Below the pieces are notes generated by a model. That model was not told where the DNA came from. It did not search any database and saw only the letters and a program-made list of their open reading frames with translations. A stretch of 64,000 nt of DNA from Candidatus Bathyarchaeota archaeon. Its GTDB lineage: Archaea > Thermoproteota > Bathyarchaeia > Bathyarchaeales > Bathycorpusculaceae. Location: contig CAVZJV010000014.1 in assembly GCA_963775685.1 (NCBI GenBank), positions 2,336,001 through 2,400,000 on the forward strand. The letters run 5' to 3'. Position numbers and translations under genes: made by a program. Below are positions 1 to 9,705 of the stretch, in pieces; position 1 is the first letter of the stretch, and each line of letters begins with the position of its first letter.

Positions 1-294
1 GCTTCAGCTCTACCGGAAATCAAAGAGCCCTTAAGCCAAGGTGCATCGGCCCTCATAGTTACTTCACACGATTCAAAAACTCTTAGGAAAGCATTTTGAA
101 AAATCCTTTCTAATAGACAGTTAGCTGATACGATGGGTAAGCAGAATTTGGTCTTTGCAAAACAAGAACAATGGAGTTCTGCGGCCGAAGCATACGAGAA
201 AGCGAATCTAAATCTCATGCATTTTAAACCTGATAATTGGCGCGTGGTCTGTTGTCCGATGTCCCTTCCCTCCTGCGAAGAATTTCAAAAATAA
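1..294 (+). pseudogene. C-terminal part of a GT4 glycosyltransferase with an in-frame TGA at 97-99 (runs off the window start)
   Basis: Frame 1 reads ASALPEIKEPLSQGASALIVTSHDSKTLRKAF*KILSNRQLADTMGKQNLVFAKQEQWSSAAEAYEK, a typical GT-B/GT4 C-terminus continuing past the stop. Confidence 0.6.
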
Positions 295-468
295 TTAAAA
301 GAATAACCCTTCAAAAATATAAATAATAGCTGACGAATAACCATTCTTGTACTGCGCTTTTTCCCATAATTTTAAATCCTTGATCCAACGTTGAATAACT
401 TTGTCCATTACTTCTGAACTGAAGATAGTGGTCGGTCCTAATGTCGTTCCCACAAAAGGTAGAGTTCC

Positions 469-1965
469 ATGACATCTCTATTAGCCAAAAATCGAAAACT
501 CACAGTTTCTAAACATTCTTTTTCTCTACATATATTTGCTAACAAAATAAAAAGTGAAATCTTTGGGAGAAATCCATTGATTACTGGCAAGAAAGTAACT
601 TCGATTTTAACCATTACGATAATAATTATTGTGTTGGTTTCTGCTTTTGTATTCATGCCAAAAGGACAACAAAGTCAACCTATCGTGCCACAAAGCACTG
701 AAAGCCCAACTGCTACGCCCACCGCCATTCCTGAACGTACTATTTCTCCGACTCCATCCGATCCATTTTCTCAAATTACACGCTATATCACTGGATTTGG
801 CAACACTATTGTGCAAGCTGTAACTCCTAAAACTCCCGGTATTATAGAGAACGCTTCAGCAATAAATGGTTCCTTATGGCGGCAGGTGGCAGCGAACGCT
901 TGGAAGTATTTTCAGCCTGATATAGGTGTAAATCCCAACACTGGGCTTCCACTTTCCGGCATTAATGCTCCTTATTTTACTGATTGGGACTTAGGGGTCT
1001 ACATTCAAGCCGTTATGGATGCCAACACGACAGGAGTTATTGGTGGTAATGATACTTGGGGTTCAAGTGCACGGTTAGAAAAAATTATACATTTCCTAGA
1101 AACACGTGAACTAAACAACGCCAGTTATCCATACTGGTTCTATCAATCAAGCGATGGGAAAAACTATCATGCGATGTCAGATTTATCTAACAATACAGTC
1201 GATTATGTAGATACTGGGCGATTATTTGTTTCCCTCAATAACTTGAGAAGTTTTAATAGTAGTTTAACTCAACGCATCAATAATATTGTTCTCTATGGGC
1301 AAAATAATAACCGGTCCAACTATGCCGCTCTAATCCCCAGTATTTATTCAAATAACTTTGCATCGAATAGTATTTACGCTTACTACTTTTTTAGCGGGTT
1401 TGCAAGTTTTTGGCCCGACCAACTTTCAAGTTTGCCAAACAGAATACTTGATAACATACTAACGTCTGCTAGCATAACAACCAATAACGTCACATTGCCC
1501 ATATCCGCAATTCTAAGCGATCCACTGCTTTGCTCAGTTTTTGAACTCAACAACAGTTCTAAGCTTATGACTATAATGCACCAGGTTTATCTAGCTCATG
1601 AAGCTTACTTCAATACTACGGGTATTTACCGCGCTTTTAGTGAAGGAGCTTCCCTTTCAGACAACTGGATATACGAATGGGTAGTTTATCCTGACAATCG
1701 AACTTGGGTTGTTTTAGATGAAAATGGTCAGCCTTTCAATATGAGCCCCGTAATTTATGCAAAGGTAGCTATGGGGTTCCTTGCCATTTATAACACAACC
1801 TACTCGTATAACCTAAACGTGTACCTTGAGAAAGCTCTTCCTCCTCCATCAAACGGGTACTGTGAAGGTGTTACCGAGGAAGGTGCCCAACTTACAGGTA
1901 CTGGGTCTAATACAAACGGTTTGATTATAGGTGCAGCAAAATATGCCTTACAAAATAGTTCCTAA
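469..1965 (+). CDS. Membrane-anchored DUF3131-like (alpha/alpha)6 glycoside hydrolase/transglycosylase-like protein
   Basis: N-terminal TM helix, P/T-rich linker, motifs AANAWKYF..NTGLP..TDWDLGVYIQAVMDA and DTGRLFVSL. Confidence 0.65.
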   Translation: MTSLLAKNRKLTVSKHSFSLHIFANKIKSEIFGRNPLITGKKVTSILTITIIIIVLVSAFVFMPKGQQSQPIVPQSTESPTATPTAIPERTISPTPSDPFSQITRYITGFGNTIVQAVTPKTPGIIENASAINGSLWRQVAANAWKYFQPDIGVNPNTGLPLSGINAPYFTDWDLGVYIQAVMDANTTGVIGGNDTWGSSARLEKIIHFLETRELNNASYPYWFYQSSDGKNYHAMSDLSNNTVDYVDTGRLFVSLNNLRSFNSSLTQRINNIVLYGQNNNRSNYAALIPSIYSNNFASNSIYAYYFFSGFASFWPDQLSSLPNRILDNILTSASITTNNVTLPISAILSDPLLCSVFELNNSSKLMTIMHQVYLAHEAYFNTTGIYRAFSEGASLSDNWIYEWVVYPDNRTWVVLDENGQPFNMSPVIYAKVAMGFLAIYNTTYSYNLNVYLEKALPPPSNGYCEGVTEEGAQLTGTGSNTNGLIIGAAKYALQNSS

Positions 1966-2088
1966 TGTGTCGTCACTTAAAAAAATGAGCTAATAGTAAC
2001 ATCTTCATTTTGTGCAAGCGTAAGGCATTTAGGAAGGCAACCAAAGCTTACTATAATCTATAATTTACGCTTATGTTGGAAGAACAAA

Positions 2089-3612
2089 TTGACTAATACT
2101 CTTAATCTCATTAAGGCTTGGACTATCCAAAATCAACATATTTTTCCTCTCTTGGCACTTGTCATCCCTCTTGTTATTAGGGCTATACCTGAGGTTCTGA
2201 TGGGGCCCTATGTTCTTGGCTTTGACACTTTAGGTTTTTACATTCCAAACACCCTGTTATGGTTGCAACATGGCGTAAACTTAGCAGATTTCCTTGCAAC
2301 AGCACCATTGTTCTACACGTTTTTCTTGTCTATAGTTGCTATTGGCGGATCCCCAGTTATAATGCTCAAAATAATTTCCCCTCTGCTTCTTGGGTTCTTA
2401 AGCCTATCAATGTATACATATGCCAAAAAAGGCTTGGGTTGGTTACCGTCAAAAAGTGTATTTGTGGCTCTTTTAGGGTCAATTTACTTTGTGGCTCTGC
2501 GAGCCTCTTGGGACCAACTTCGAGAAGAACTAGGGTTAGTTTTCTTTTTTGTAGTTCTAATGTTGCTTATCAAAATAAAGCAAAAATCGTGGAAACAGTA
2601 TGCAATCCTCTCTTTTGCAATGATTGCAGTAGCTTTATCTCATCAACTTGTATCTGTACTTATGTTCGGGGTAATTGCTTCCACAATAATCTATCGATTG
2701 TTCAGCAAAGATTTCCGAGTTTCTGTTACTCTAATATTAGTCTCTTTGCCTGCAGTTTCTTATTTTTTTGTCGTTTACATGAGCGGTGTGCTTCAGTCTG
2801 GGTTTCTTGATTATTCAACGAATGTGGGGTCACCATTGGCTAGCTGGACCGGTTTTACTTCTTACCAATCTATGTTAATAAGTACAGGAGGTTTGTTCAT
2901 GTATTGCTTCATCTTTATCTTACCTTTGGCATTGATAGGCATAAGTAAATTTAGAAACCTTCAGCTCGGATCTTGGCTTCTTATGAGCTTAATTCTCATG
3001 TTGCTTCCAATAGCTTCAGTAAGCCCTTACCGTTGGGTACTAATGCTTACATATCCGCTCGCATTTTATGCAACGGATTCACTAAGCAGGCTCAGGTCAA
3101 TTAAATGGAAACGTTATCGGTTCATCGTGGGAAAGATTGCAATATTTTACCTTGTTCTTTCGACAATTATTTTGAGCTTCGGCTTCATTTTTGCGACCTC
3201 AGAAAAACCTTTCACGTACTTTAATCCTAGTCAGTTTAACTATTATGCCTTTCAAATTCCTTCTTCAATGTTGCAGAATACCATCTCGCTAACTGATTGT
3301 CAAGGTACATCCAATGCCCTCAAATGGTTTAAAGATAATTCGATTAGCAGTTCGCTTCTGCTAACACATACGGTATTTTATAGTTGGGCACTGCTAGCTC
3401 TTAATGAAAGCCAAGTAAGGAACTACGGGTTTGAAGACGCTGACAAAGCCGCAATGATGGCCGCACAAGAGAGCCATTCACAATTATATATAATATGGTG
3501 GGCTAAAGGACAAGGCTGGTATTCACAACCGACATTGCCCTCTTCATTCCATGAAGTTTATCAAAGCGGAAAAATAGCTATTTACAGTTATAATTCCACT
3601 TTTGGTAATTAG
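2089..3612 (+). CDS. Polytopic membrane protein, GT-C-like
   Basis: 507 aa, more than 10 TM segments, N-terminal loop GFDTLGFY, extracellular C-terminal domain, inside the glycan locus. Confidence 0.55.
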   Translation: MTNTLNLIKAWTIQNQHIFPLLALVIPLVIRAIPEVLMGPYVLGFDTLGFYIPNTLLWLQHGVNLADFLATAPLFYTFFLSIVAIGGSPVIMLKIISPLLLGFLSLSMYTYAKKGLGWLPSKSVFVALLGSIYFVALRASWDQLREELGLVFFFVVLMLLIKIKQKSWKQYAILSFAMIAVALSHQLVSVLMFGVIASTIIYRLFSKDFRVSVTLILVSLPAVSYFFVVYMSGVLQSGFLDYSTNVGSPLASWTGFTSYQSMLISTGGLFMYCFIFILPLALIGISKFRNLQLGSWLLMSLILMLLPIASVSPYRWVLMLTYPLAFYATDSLSRLRSIKWKRYRFIVGKIAIFYLVLSTIILSFGFIFATSEKPFTYFNPSQFNYYAFQIPSSMLQNTISLTDCQGTSNALKWFKDNSISSSLLLTHTVFYSWALLALNESQVRNYGFEDADKAAMMAAQESHSQLYIIWWAKGQGWYSQPTLPSSFHEVYQSGKIAIYSYNSTFGN

Positions 3613-3711
3613 CAACACAAATAATTTTTTACCCCATTATGCATAATTCATAAATAGTAAAACAATGGATTTAAATGAGACTGGGAATTCCCAACATAGG
3701 TAAGAATAGCA

Positions 3712-4104
3712 ATGCTGAATGAGTACCATAATTCTGAGGGTTTCAATTTCCTGAATAGAAAGCAATTGGCAAATCTGAAAACAAAAGCAATGCGATCAGG
3801 GATATGGTTCAAAGTGCTTCAAAGAATTGACAGAGTGCTTTTTGATTTAACTATAATGATCGTAGACAACGTTCGAAGTAGCCAATTGGCAAAAAGTATT
3901 CTTGAGCTCACTACGAAACTGGAAAATGGAATGAAAAGTGGTTTTGAAAGAAGTTTGGTTAAAATCGGTTTACCTATAGCTCAAAAAATCAGTTCCATAG
4001 CTCAGAAGTTAGGAAACCTTTCAGCTAATGAGTGGTTATTTGATACATCTTTCATTAGGTTTTTAGCTGTGTTGCATTTTAACGATTTTAGAGTGGCTAA
4101 ATGA
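3712..4104 (+). CDS. Hypothetical protein
   Basis: 130-aa basic helical ORF with ATG start, co-oriented with the locus. Confidence 0.65.
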   Translation: MLNEYHNSEGFNFLNRKQLANLKTKAMRSGIWFKVLQRIDRVLFDLTIMIVDNVRSSQLAKSILELTTKLENGMKSGFERSLVKIGLPIAQKISSIAQKLGNLSANEWLFDTSFIRFLAVLHFNDFRVAK

Positions 4105-4174
4105 TCTTTTGCTCAAAGTTGCAGTCGTTGGACAAATGTTAAATCTTGAAGATACGCATACTTATGAATAGGCA

Positions 4175-4435
4175 GTGCAACAAAGAATGTTACAAACTAG
4201 CTATCACCAGATTATATTTAGGGTCAAAAAGTATGTTAAAGAGAATTGGGGGTCACCTTTCATAATGGGGTTTATGTTGCTTTTAGTCGGATCTGCAGTA
4301 TCTTTATCTTTCGGCCTATCATCGTTAGCGGATAACATTGCCGTCTCCGCATTTTACGCATTAATTGTTGGTTTAATATTGCAAGTTGTGTCTTTATTAA
4401 GAATTGGCAGAAAAAGAGAGGCAGAAGCTCACTAA
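4175..4435 (+). CDS. Small membrane protein (2 TM)
   Basis: Two hydrophobic helices; stop overlaps the start of the downstream GT2 (TAATG). Confidence 0.65.
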   Translation: MQQRMLQTSYHQIIFRVKKYVKENWGSPFIMGFMLLLVGSAVSLSFGLSSLADNIAVSAFYALIVGLILQVVSLLRIGRKREAEAH

Positions 4436-5208
4436 TGAGTCAATTAGACCTTTCTTTCGTCGTTCCAGCCTACAATGAAGAAGATTATATTGAAGACACC
4501 TTAGGGACGATCGATGCTATTGTAATGGGCAAGAAACTATCCTACGAAATTGTAGTAGTAAACGATGGAAGCGCAGACGAGACTCTGACAAGGGTAAAGA
4601 CTTATGCTGGAAAAAACGGTCACGTGCGAGTCATCAGTTACGGTAAAAACGCAGGAAAAGGGTATGCTGTAAAAACCGGTTTTATGAAAGCAACTGGCAA
4701 CGTTATATTTTTTACTGATAGCGACATGGAAATTAACCTCGGCAAAATATCTGATTACATTGAGGCTTTAAAGCATGGCGATATTGTTATAGCCTCTAAA
4801 CGACATAGCGCTTCAAAAGTTGATGTACCAGTAACTCGAAAAATTCTAAGTATTTGTTTCAATGTTCTTGTAAGGCTTTTGACGGGAGTGCCTCTTAAAG
4901 ATACTCAGTCTGGTCTAAAGGCGATGAAGAAAAGCACATTCACAAACATTTTTCCTAGATTAGCTGTCAAGCGTTACGCTTTCGATGTTGAGCTGTTAGC
5001 CGTCGCAAATCTTTATGGACTAAAAGTCATCGAGATGCCGGTAAACATAAAGCTAGATGCTAAATTCAAACCGGCCGAAATGTGGCACATGCTTATGGAT
5101 CTGTTAGGAATAGCATATAGACTACGAATCCTCCACTGGTATCAGCGACAACTTCCGGAAAAAAACGGTTTTCAAAGCATGGTTTCATTTGTTCTTCGGG
5201 AAGGCTAA
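4435..5208 (+). CDS. GT2 dolichyl-phosphate glycosyltransferase (DPG/DPM synthase-like)
   Basis: VVPAYNEE, VNDGSAD, NAGKGYAVKTG, DSD, DTQSGLK and FDVELL motifs. Confidence 0.9.
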   Translation: MSQLDLSFVVPAYNEEDYIEDTLGTIDAIVMGKKLSYEIVVVNDGSADETLTRVKTYAGKNGHVRVISYGKNAGKGYAVKTGFMKATGNVIFFTDSDMEINLGKISDYIEALKHGDIVIASKRHSASKVDVPVTRKILSICFNVLVRLLTGVPLKDTQSGLKAMKKSTFTNIFPRLAVKRYAFDVELLAVANLYGLKVIEMPVNIKLDAKFKPAEMWHMLMDLLGIAYRLRILHWYQRQLPEKNGFQSMVSFVLREG

Positions 5209-6330
5209 ATGAAAAATCTCAAAATACTATTGTTAAATTGGCGGTGCTGGTTAAATCCAGCAATGGGCGGTGCAGAGGTTTTTACACGAGAGGTTGCCAG
5301 TCGATGGGCAAAATACGGACATGACGTTACATTGTTTACTTCAGAGTTCACCGGATGTAAAAAAGAAGAAATATCTGAAGGCGTCAAAATTGTTCGCTCT
5401 GGCGGACGTCTTTTAGTCTACCACAAAGCTAAAAGCTTTTACCAAAAAGAAAATAAGATAAGTAGTTTTGATGTTGTTATTGATGAAATTAATACTCGAC
5501 CTTTTTTTGCACCCAATTTTGTACAGCAAAAAACAAAAGTAATCGCTTTAATACATCAGTTAGCCAGAGAATACTGGTTTTACGAAACACCGTTTCCGTT
5601 TAGTTACTTAGGCTACTATTATCTAGAAAATAGGTGGTTACGGCAATACATTAAAGTGCCAACTGTTACCGTCTCTGAGAGCACTCGATTCGATTTAACT
5701 GAATTGGGTTTCAAAGATATCTGCGTTGTTCCTGAGGGTTTGGGCTTTTCGCCAGTTGAGAATACTCCAAATAAAGAATTCAAGCCTATTATTGTATTCG
5801 CGGGGCGTTTGAAACGTACAAAACGACCTGATCATGCAATCAAGGCATTTAATCTTGTAAGAGAAAAAGTGCCTGAGGCACAGCTATGGATTATAGGTGC
5901 TGGTCCTCTCCGGTCTCAATTAGATCGCATGGCTGGTGAAGGAGTCACTTTTTTTGGCTCCTTAAGCAATTTTAACCGTAGAAATCTTATAAAAAAAAGT
6001 AGCGTCTTAATTAACCCCGGGCTTCGTGAAGGGTGGGGTTTAAATGTTATCGAAGCAAATGCGTTGGGGATTCCTGCAGTTGCTTACAACGTGCCAGGGT
6101 TATGTGATAGTATTAGAGACAATGACACCGGTCTATTAGTGAAAAATGGCGACTTTGAAAATCTGGCTGAGACGATTGTTGGTGTCTTGAGAGATCAAGA
6201 GTTGTTGAAGAGGTTGGGTAGAAGTGCATTGGAGTATTCTAAGGGTTTTTCCTGGGATAAAACTGCTATTGAATTTAATGATTTTATAGAACGAAGTATT
6301 CTTTCAACTGGTCCTGATAGTATTGTTTGA
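5209..6330 (+). CDS. GT4 glycosyltransferase
   Basis: GGAEVF, FAGRLKRTKRPD and EGWGLNVIEANALGIP motifs. Confidence 0.92.
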   Translation: MKNLKILLLNWRCWLNPAMGGAEVFTREVASRWAKYGHDVTLFTSEFTGCKKEEISEGVKIVRSGGRLLVYHKAKSFYQKENKISSFDVVIDEINTRPFFAPNFVQQKTKVIALIHQLAREYWFYETPFPFSYLGYYYLENRWLRQYIKVPTVTVSESTRFDLTELGFKDICVVPEGLGFSPVENTPNKEFKPIIVFAGRLKRTKRPDHAIKAFNLVREKVPEAQLWIIGAGPLRSQLDRMAGEGVTFFGSLSNFNRRNLIKKSSVLINPGLREGWGLNVIEANALGIPAVAYNVPGLCDSIRDNDTGLLVKNGDFENLAETIVGVLRDQELLKRLGRSALEYSKGFSWDKTAIEFNDFIERSILSTGPDSIV

Positions 6331-6394
6331 ATTCAGAAAAGATTAAGTGGCGACTTGAAATATTACCGATAGCTTCAATCGATTCCTTTGAACA

Positions 6395-8653
6395 ATGGAG
6401 GGAACTAATTTAACGAGAAAATTGAAGTACGTCCTCACCATTATGGTTCTTTTGGTTTTTCTGGTTTCAATGGTAAATTCTTCTCTCCAATTAACAAAAG
6501 GGTCAGTTACCTGTGAGGTTAATTATGATAAAGTTTCGACCAATTATTTGGAAGTAGAATCAAAAGAAGCTTTATCAAGCTATTATTATTCATCCTATTC
6601 TACATTGATGGAAGACTCCGATAGGCTTGAATACCCCTCCGTTTACGATGGCTACTTATGGATCGTTCGATCGAACCCATGGCCTTCAGTGCTAAAGTGT
6701 AACATCACTACGCAGGAAGTTATTGATCAGACCGCTTTACCTTATATAACAACGCTGGCCGAATATTTCCCTGCATACGTTTATGATGGTCTTGTTTTCG
6801 TTCCCGGAGAAGACGGTCTAACAGACGTTTCCAATGGTCAAATAGTAATTTTGAATGAAACCACTTTGGCTACTGTTGCGACATACAATCTTACTCCGCC
6901 AATGGCAAACTTCATTATTAGTGTAATATATGACAAAGTAAGCCAAAACCTGCTTTTCGGACTAGATTCGATGGACGGTAATGTAAATATATTGGGGGTA
7001 CAGGCATCCGAAGCCTCAAATACTTCAGCATATCGCGTAATACCCGTAGCTAACATAAGTTCATCAGGTGAAAGCCAAATAGTGACTTTCAACGATACAG
7101 TGTACGTATTATCCACTTACCCCTGCGGAGGCGCGAACGGAACAATTTACACAAGACTTTACGAAAGCAAAAACCTTGAGGATTGGATCGAAGTTTTCGA
7201 AAAAACTGGCACCAATATAGGTCCGGACGCATATTTTGGCCACTTAACAGCTTCTTCAGATTATCTGGCCGTAGGACTTTTATCTGATGAGAATACAGGA
7301 GTCACCACGAATAGGATCGAGTATATGAATAGCCAAGGACTATGGAGAGAATACGACTCACTGGTAGAAGGGAATTGGGGTGAAGATCACCCTTCAATTA
7401 ACGCTATAAGCAATGACCTGTTTTTGTGGGAAACATGTGCTAGATTTAACAGTGTGCCGCATTCAATTTTTGTGTTTAATGCAACTTCAGGAGAAATGAC
7501 CGACTTATCTATTACAACCAACAGCTCAGGATATAATGATCGATGGGTTGGCATAGATGTAGATAACAAAGCGCTCTATATCGCGGATTGTTATGCACCC
7601 TCCGGCGGAAGCCAAATCATAAAACTCGACTGGAATCTTGAATTGTCTATGCCCGATTATTTTCCTCTGCAGTATAGAATTTACTCTTTAGCAGACGAGC
7701 ATTCATCCATAGTAACTAACGGAACAGTATTTGTGAATCAAGGAGAAAGCAAATTATTCGAATATTCTCCAAACCCCGGATATTCCGTGGTTAATGTCCA
7801 AGTAAACGGCTCTTCTATTCCGGTTACTGGTAACTATACTTTTACTAATGTCTATGACAACTACATAATTTCCGTTAAATCAGATGCTAGCCGACTAAGT
7901 TATTTTACTATTGCCGGAGTGCCCTCTTCAATCACCGCCGGGTTAAATATTAACTCCACTATCGTAACAGCTTACGATTCAAGTAATAATATTATAGAGG
8001 GATACAAAGGCATATTATACTTTACAAGCTCTGACGCTAAGGCAGTTTTGCCCTATTCGTATTCAAATCTTTACATTTTCAATAATAGCGATAACGGTCA
8101 ACATACTTTTTCCGAGCTCATTCTTAAAACTGCAGGCATGCAGACAGTTACAATAACTGATGGAACAATAAGCAAAAGTTTCAATGTAATGGTTAATCCA
8201 GCTATTTTCGACCACATAACAATTTTGCCAGCCAAAGCAATGATAACTGCCGGAGCTAACCTAACTTACGTCTCATTAGCCTGGGATGCTTACACCAATA
8301 TTATAGGTGCAGTTACTTCGGTAACCTATTGGGATATAACCAGTGACGCCGGCGGCGCATGGAACTCGAATGTATATGCAAGTAAGTATCCTGGTATTTG
8401 GAATGTGACTGCCTTAGTGATGGGAGTTCAAGGTACTGCCTCTCTAACCATCGAAGCTGCTTCCACACCGATACCTACTGCTGGAGCTGATGATCGACCA
8501 ACAACTTTTCCCTCAGCTAATCACTCGCCTAATCCATTAGATGGGGCAATAATCAATCTCTTAGCGCTAATTTTGGCCTCGGGAATTATCCTTGCAGGAG
8601 CATCAATTATGATTGCCAAAAGAAGGGGCAAAAAACGCAATACCCATTATTAA
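6395..8653 (+). CDS. Cell-surface protein: signal peptide, beta-rich N-domain, Ig/InlB-B-like domains, C-terminal TM anchor
   Basis: N-terminal signal, PNPGYSVVNVQVNG..YTFTNV repeat-type domain, TAYD..FTSSD..LKTAG Ig-like domain, TM followed by KRRGKKR. Confidence 0.75.
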   Translation: MEGTNLTRKLKYVLTIMVLLVFLVSMVNSSLQLTKGSVTCEVNYDKVSTNYLEVESKEALSSYYYSSYSTLMEDSDRLEYPSVYDGYLWIVRSNPWPSVLKCNITTQEVIDQTALPYITTLAEYFPAYVYDGLVFVPGEDGLTDVSNGQIVILNETTLATVATYNLTPPMANFIISVIYDKVSQNLLFGLDSMDGNVNILGVQASEASNTSAYRVIPVANISSSGESQIVTFNDTVYVLSTYPCGGANGTIYTRLYESKNLEDWIEVFEKTGTNIGPDAYFGHLTASSDYLAVGLLSDENTGVTTNRIEYMNSQGLWREYDSLVEGNWGEDHPSINAISNDLFLWETCARFNSVPHSIFVFNATSGEMTDLSITTNSSGYNDRWVGIDVDNKALYIADCYAPSGGSQIIKLDWNLELSMPDYFPLQYRIYSLADEHSSIVTNGTVFVNQGESKLFEYSPNPGYSVVNVQVNGSSIPVTGNYTFTNVYDNYIISVKSDASRLSYFTIAGVPSSITAGLNINSTIVTAYDSSNNIIEGYKGILYFTSSDAKAVLPYSYSNLYIFNNSDNGQHTFSELILKTAGMQTVTITDGTISKSFNVMVNPAIFDHITILPAKAMITAGANLTYVSLAWDAYTNIIGAVTSVTYWDITSDAGGAWNSNVYASKYPGIWNVTALVMGVQGTASLTIEAASTPIPTAGADDRPTTFPSANHSPNPLDGAIINLLALILASGIILAGASIMIAKRRGKKRNTHY

Positions 8654-8763
8654 ATTAAAAAGCAATACTGACATTAATATTTCCAAGTTCACAAAGGTTT
8701 ATTATACATGCATTTGGTTCTAAAATCAAGGTACTCATTTCATAATATTAAGGACGAATATAG

Positions 8764-9705
8764 ATGGCTTGCCTAGAAGCTAAGGCTCCCTTGGTCTCAA
8801 TAGTTATTCCGACTCATAATAGGAAAAGCAAATTAAAGAGATTAATAAAGTCAATTAAAGATAATGCTTTTCACAATATTGAAATAATAGTTGTTGATGA
8901 TGCTTCAACTGATGGCACGTACAAAGAAATTGGCGCTTTATTTCCGGACATAACGATTTTCAGTAATCAAAAGAAACGTCTTGTCTCTGCATGCCGTAAT
9001 ACAGGGATAAAAAACTCGCACGGAGATTTTATTTTTATAATTGACGACGATAACATCATAGACAGCCACTGCATAGGAAACCTTGTTCAAGTGTTACTTA
9101 AACGCATGAACGTCGGTGTCGTGGCACCGCTTATGTATTATTACAATCAACCGCAGATAATTTGGTGTGCTGGCATTAAAAGAAATCTTGTAACGAGTAG
9201 GACAATAACAATTGGTAACGGCAAGCTTGATGGAAACAAATTCAATGTGGCTATTGAATCCGATGATTTTCCTAACGCTTTTATGGTTAGAAAGGAAACC
9301 GTGAAGGCGCAAGGCGTCTTGTTTGACGAGCAGTATTTTCCATTCATGTACGAAGAATCCGATTTTATTGCAAGAATCAAAAAGAACGGGTGGAAGGTTA
9401 TGCTCGTTCCGAAAGCAAAAATTTGGCATGACGTTCCAAACGACCTTTTCTTCATGGGGCGCTACACAAATCTAAAAGCATATTATTTGGCTAGAAACAG
9501 AATACTATTCCATAAAAAATATAGCCAGAGTTATGAATTCTCGATTTTTAAAACAATTTTTCTTCCATTTTTTTCCTTAACCTACACGACACTTATTTTA
9601 CAGCATTGGCTTTTGAAAGGCAAGTTTCAATCAAGCATTCAAACTTCCCAGTCATACATTAAAGGCATTGTCCACGGTATAGCATTATCACGAGAAATAG
9701 TTTAA
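8764..9705 (+). CDS. GT2 glycosyltransferase
   Basis: VSIVIPTHNR, VVDDASTD, DDD and EESDF motifs. Confidence 0.92.
   Translation: MACLEAKAPLVSIVIPTHNRKSKLKRLIKSIKDNAFHNIEIIVVDDASTDGTYKEIGALFPDITIFSNQKKRLVSACRNTGIKNSHGDFIFIIDDDNIIDSHCIGNLVQVLLKRMNVGVVAPLMYYYNQPQIIWCAGIKRNLVTSRTITIGNGKLDGNKFNVAIESDDFPNAFMVRKETVKAQGVLFDEQYFPFMYEESDFIARIKKNGWKVMLVPKAKIWHDVPNDLFFMGRYTNLKAYYLARNRILFHKKYSQSYEFSIFKTIFLPFFSLTYTTLILQHWLLKGKFQSSIQTSQSYIKGIVHGIALSREIV

Noticed and set aside
97-99. In-frame TGA codons (97, ~49037 and 51687) as selenocysteine or a reassigned code
   Set aside because: The positions look like hydrophobic, Trp or Gly sites rather than Cys, TGA is a normal stop in intact genes here, and nonsense mutation is simpler
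2259-2810. 183-aa alternative-frame ORF inside the membrane protein gene
   Set aside because: Nested in a longer credible gene and has no motifs
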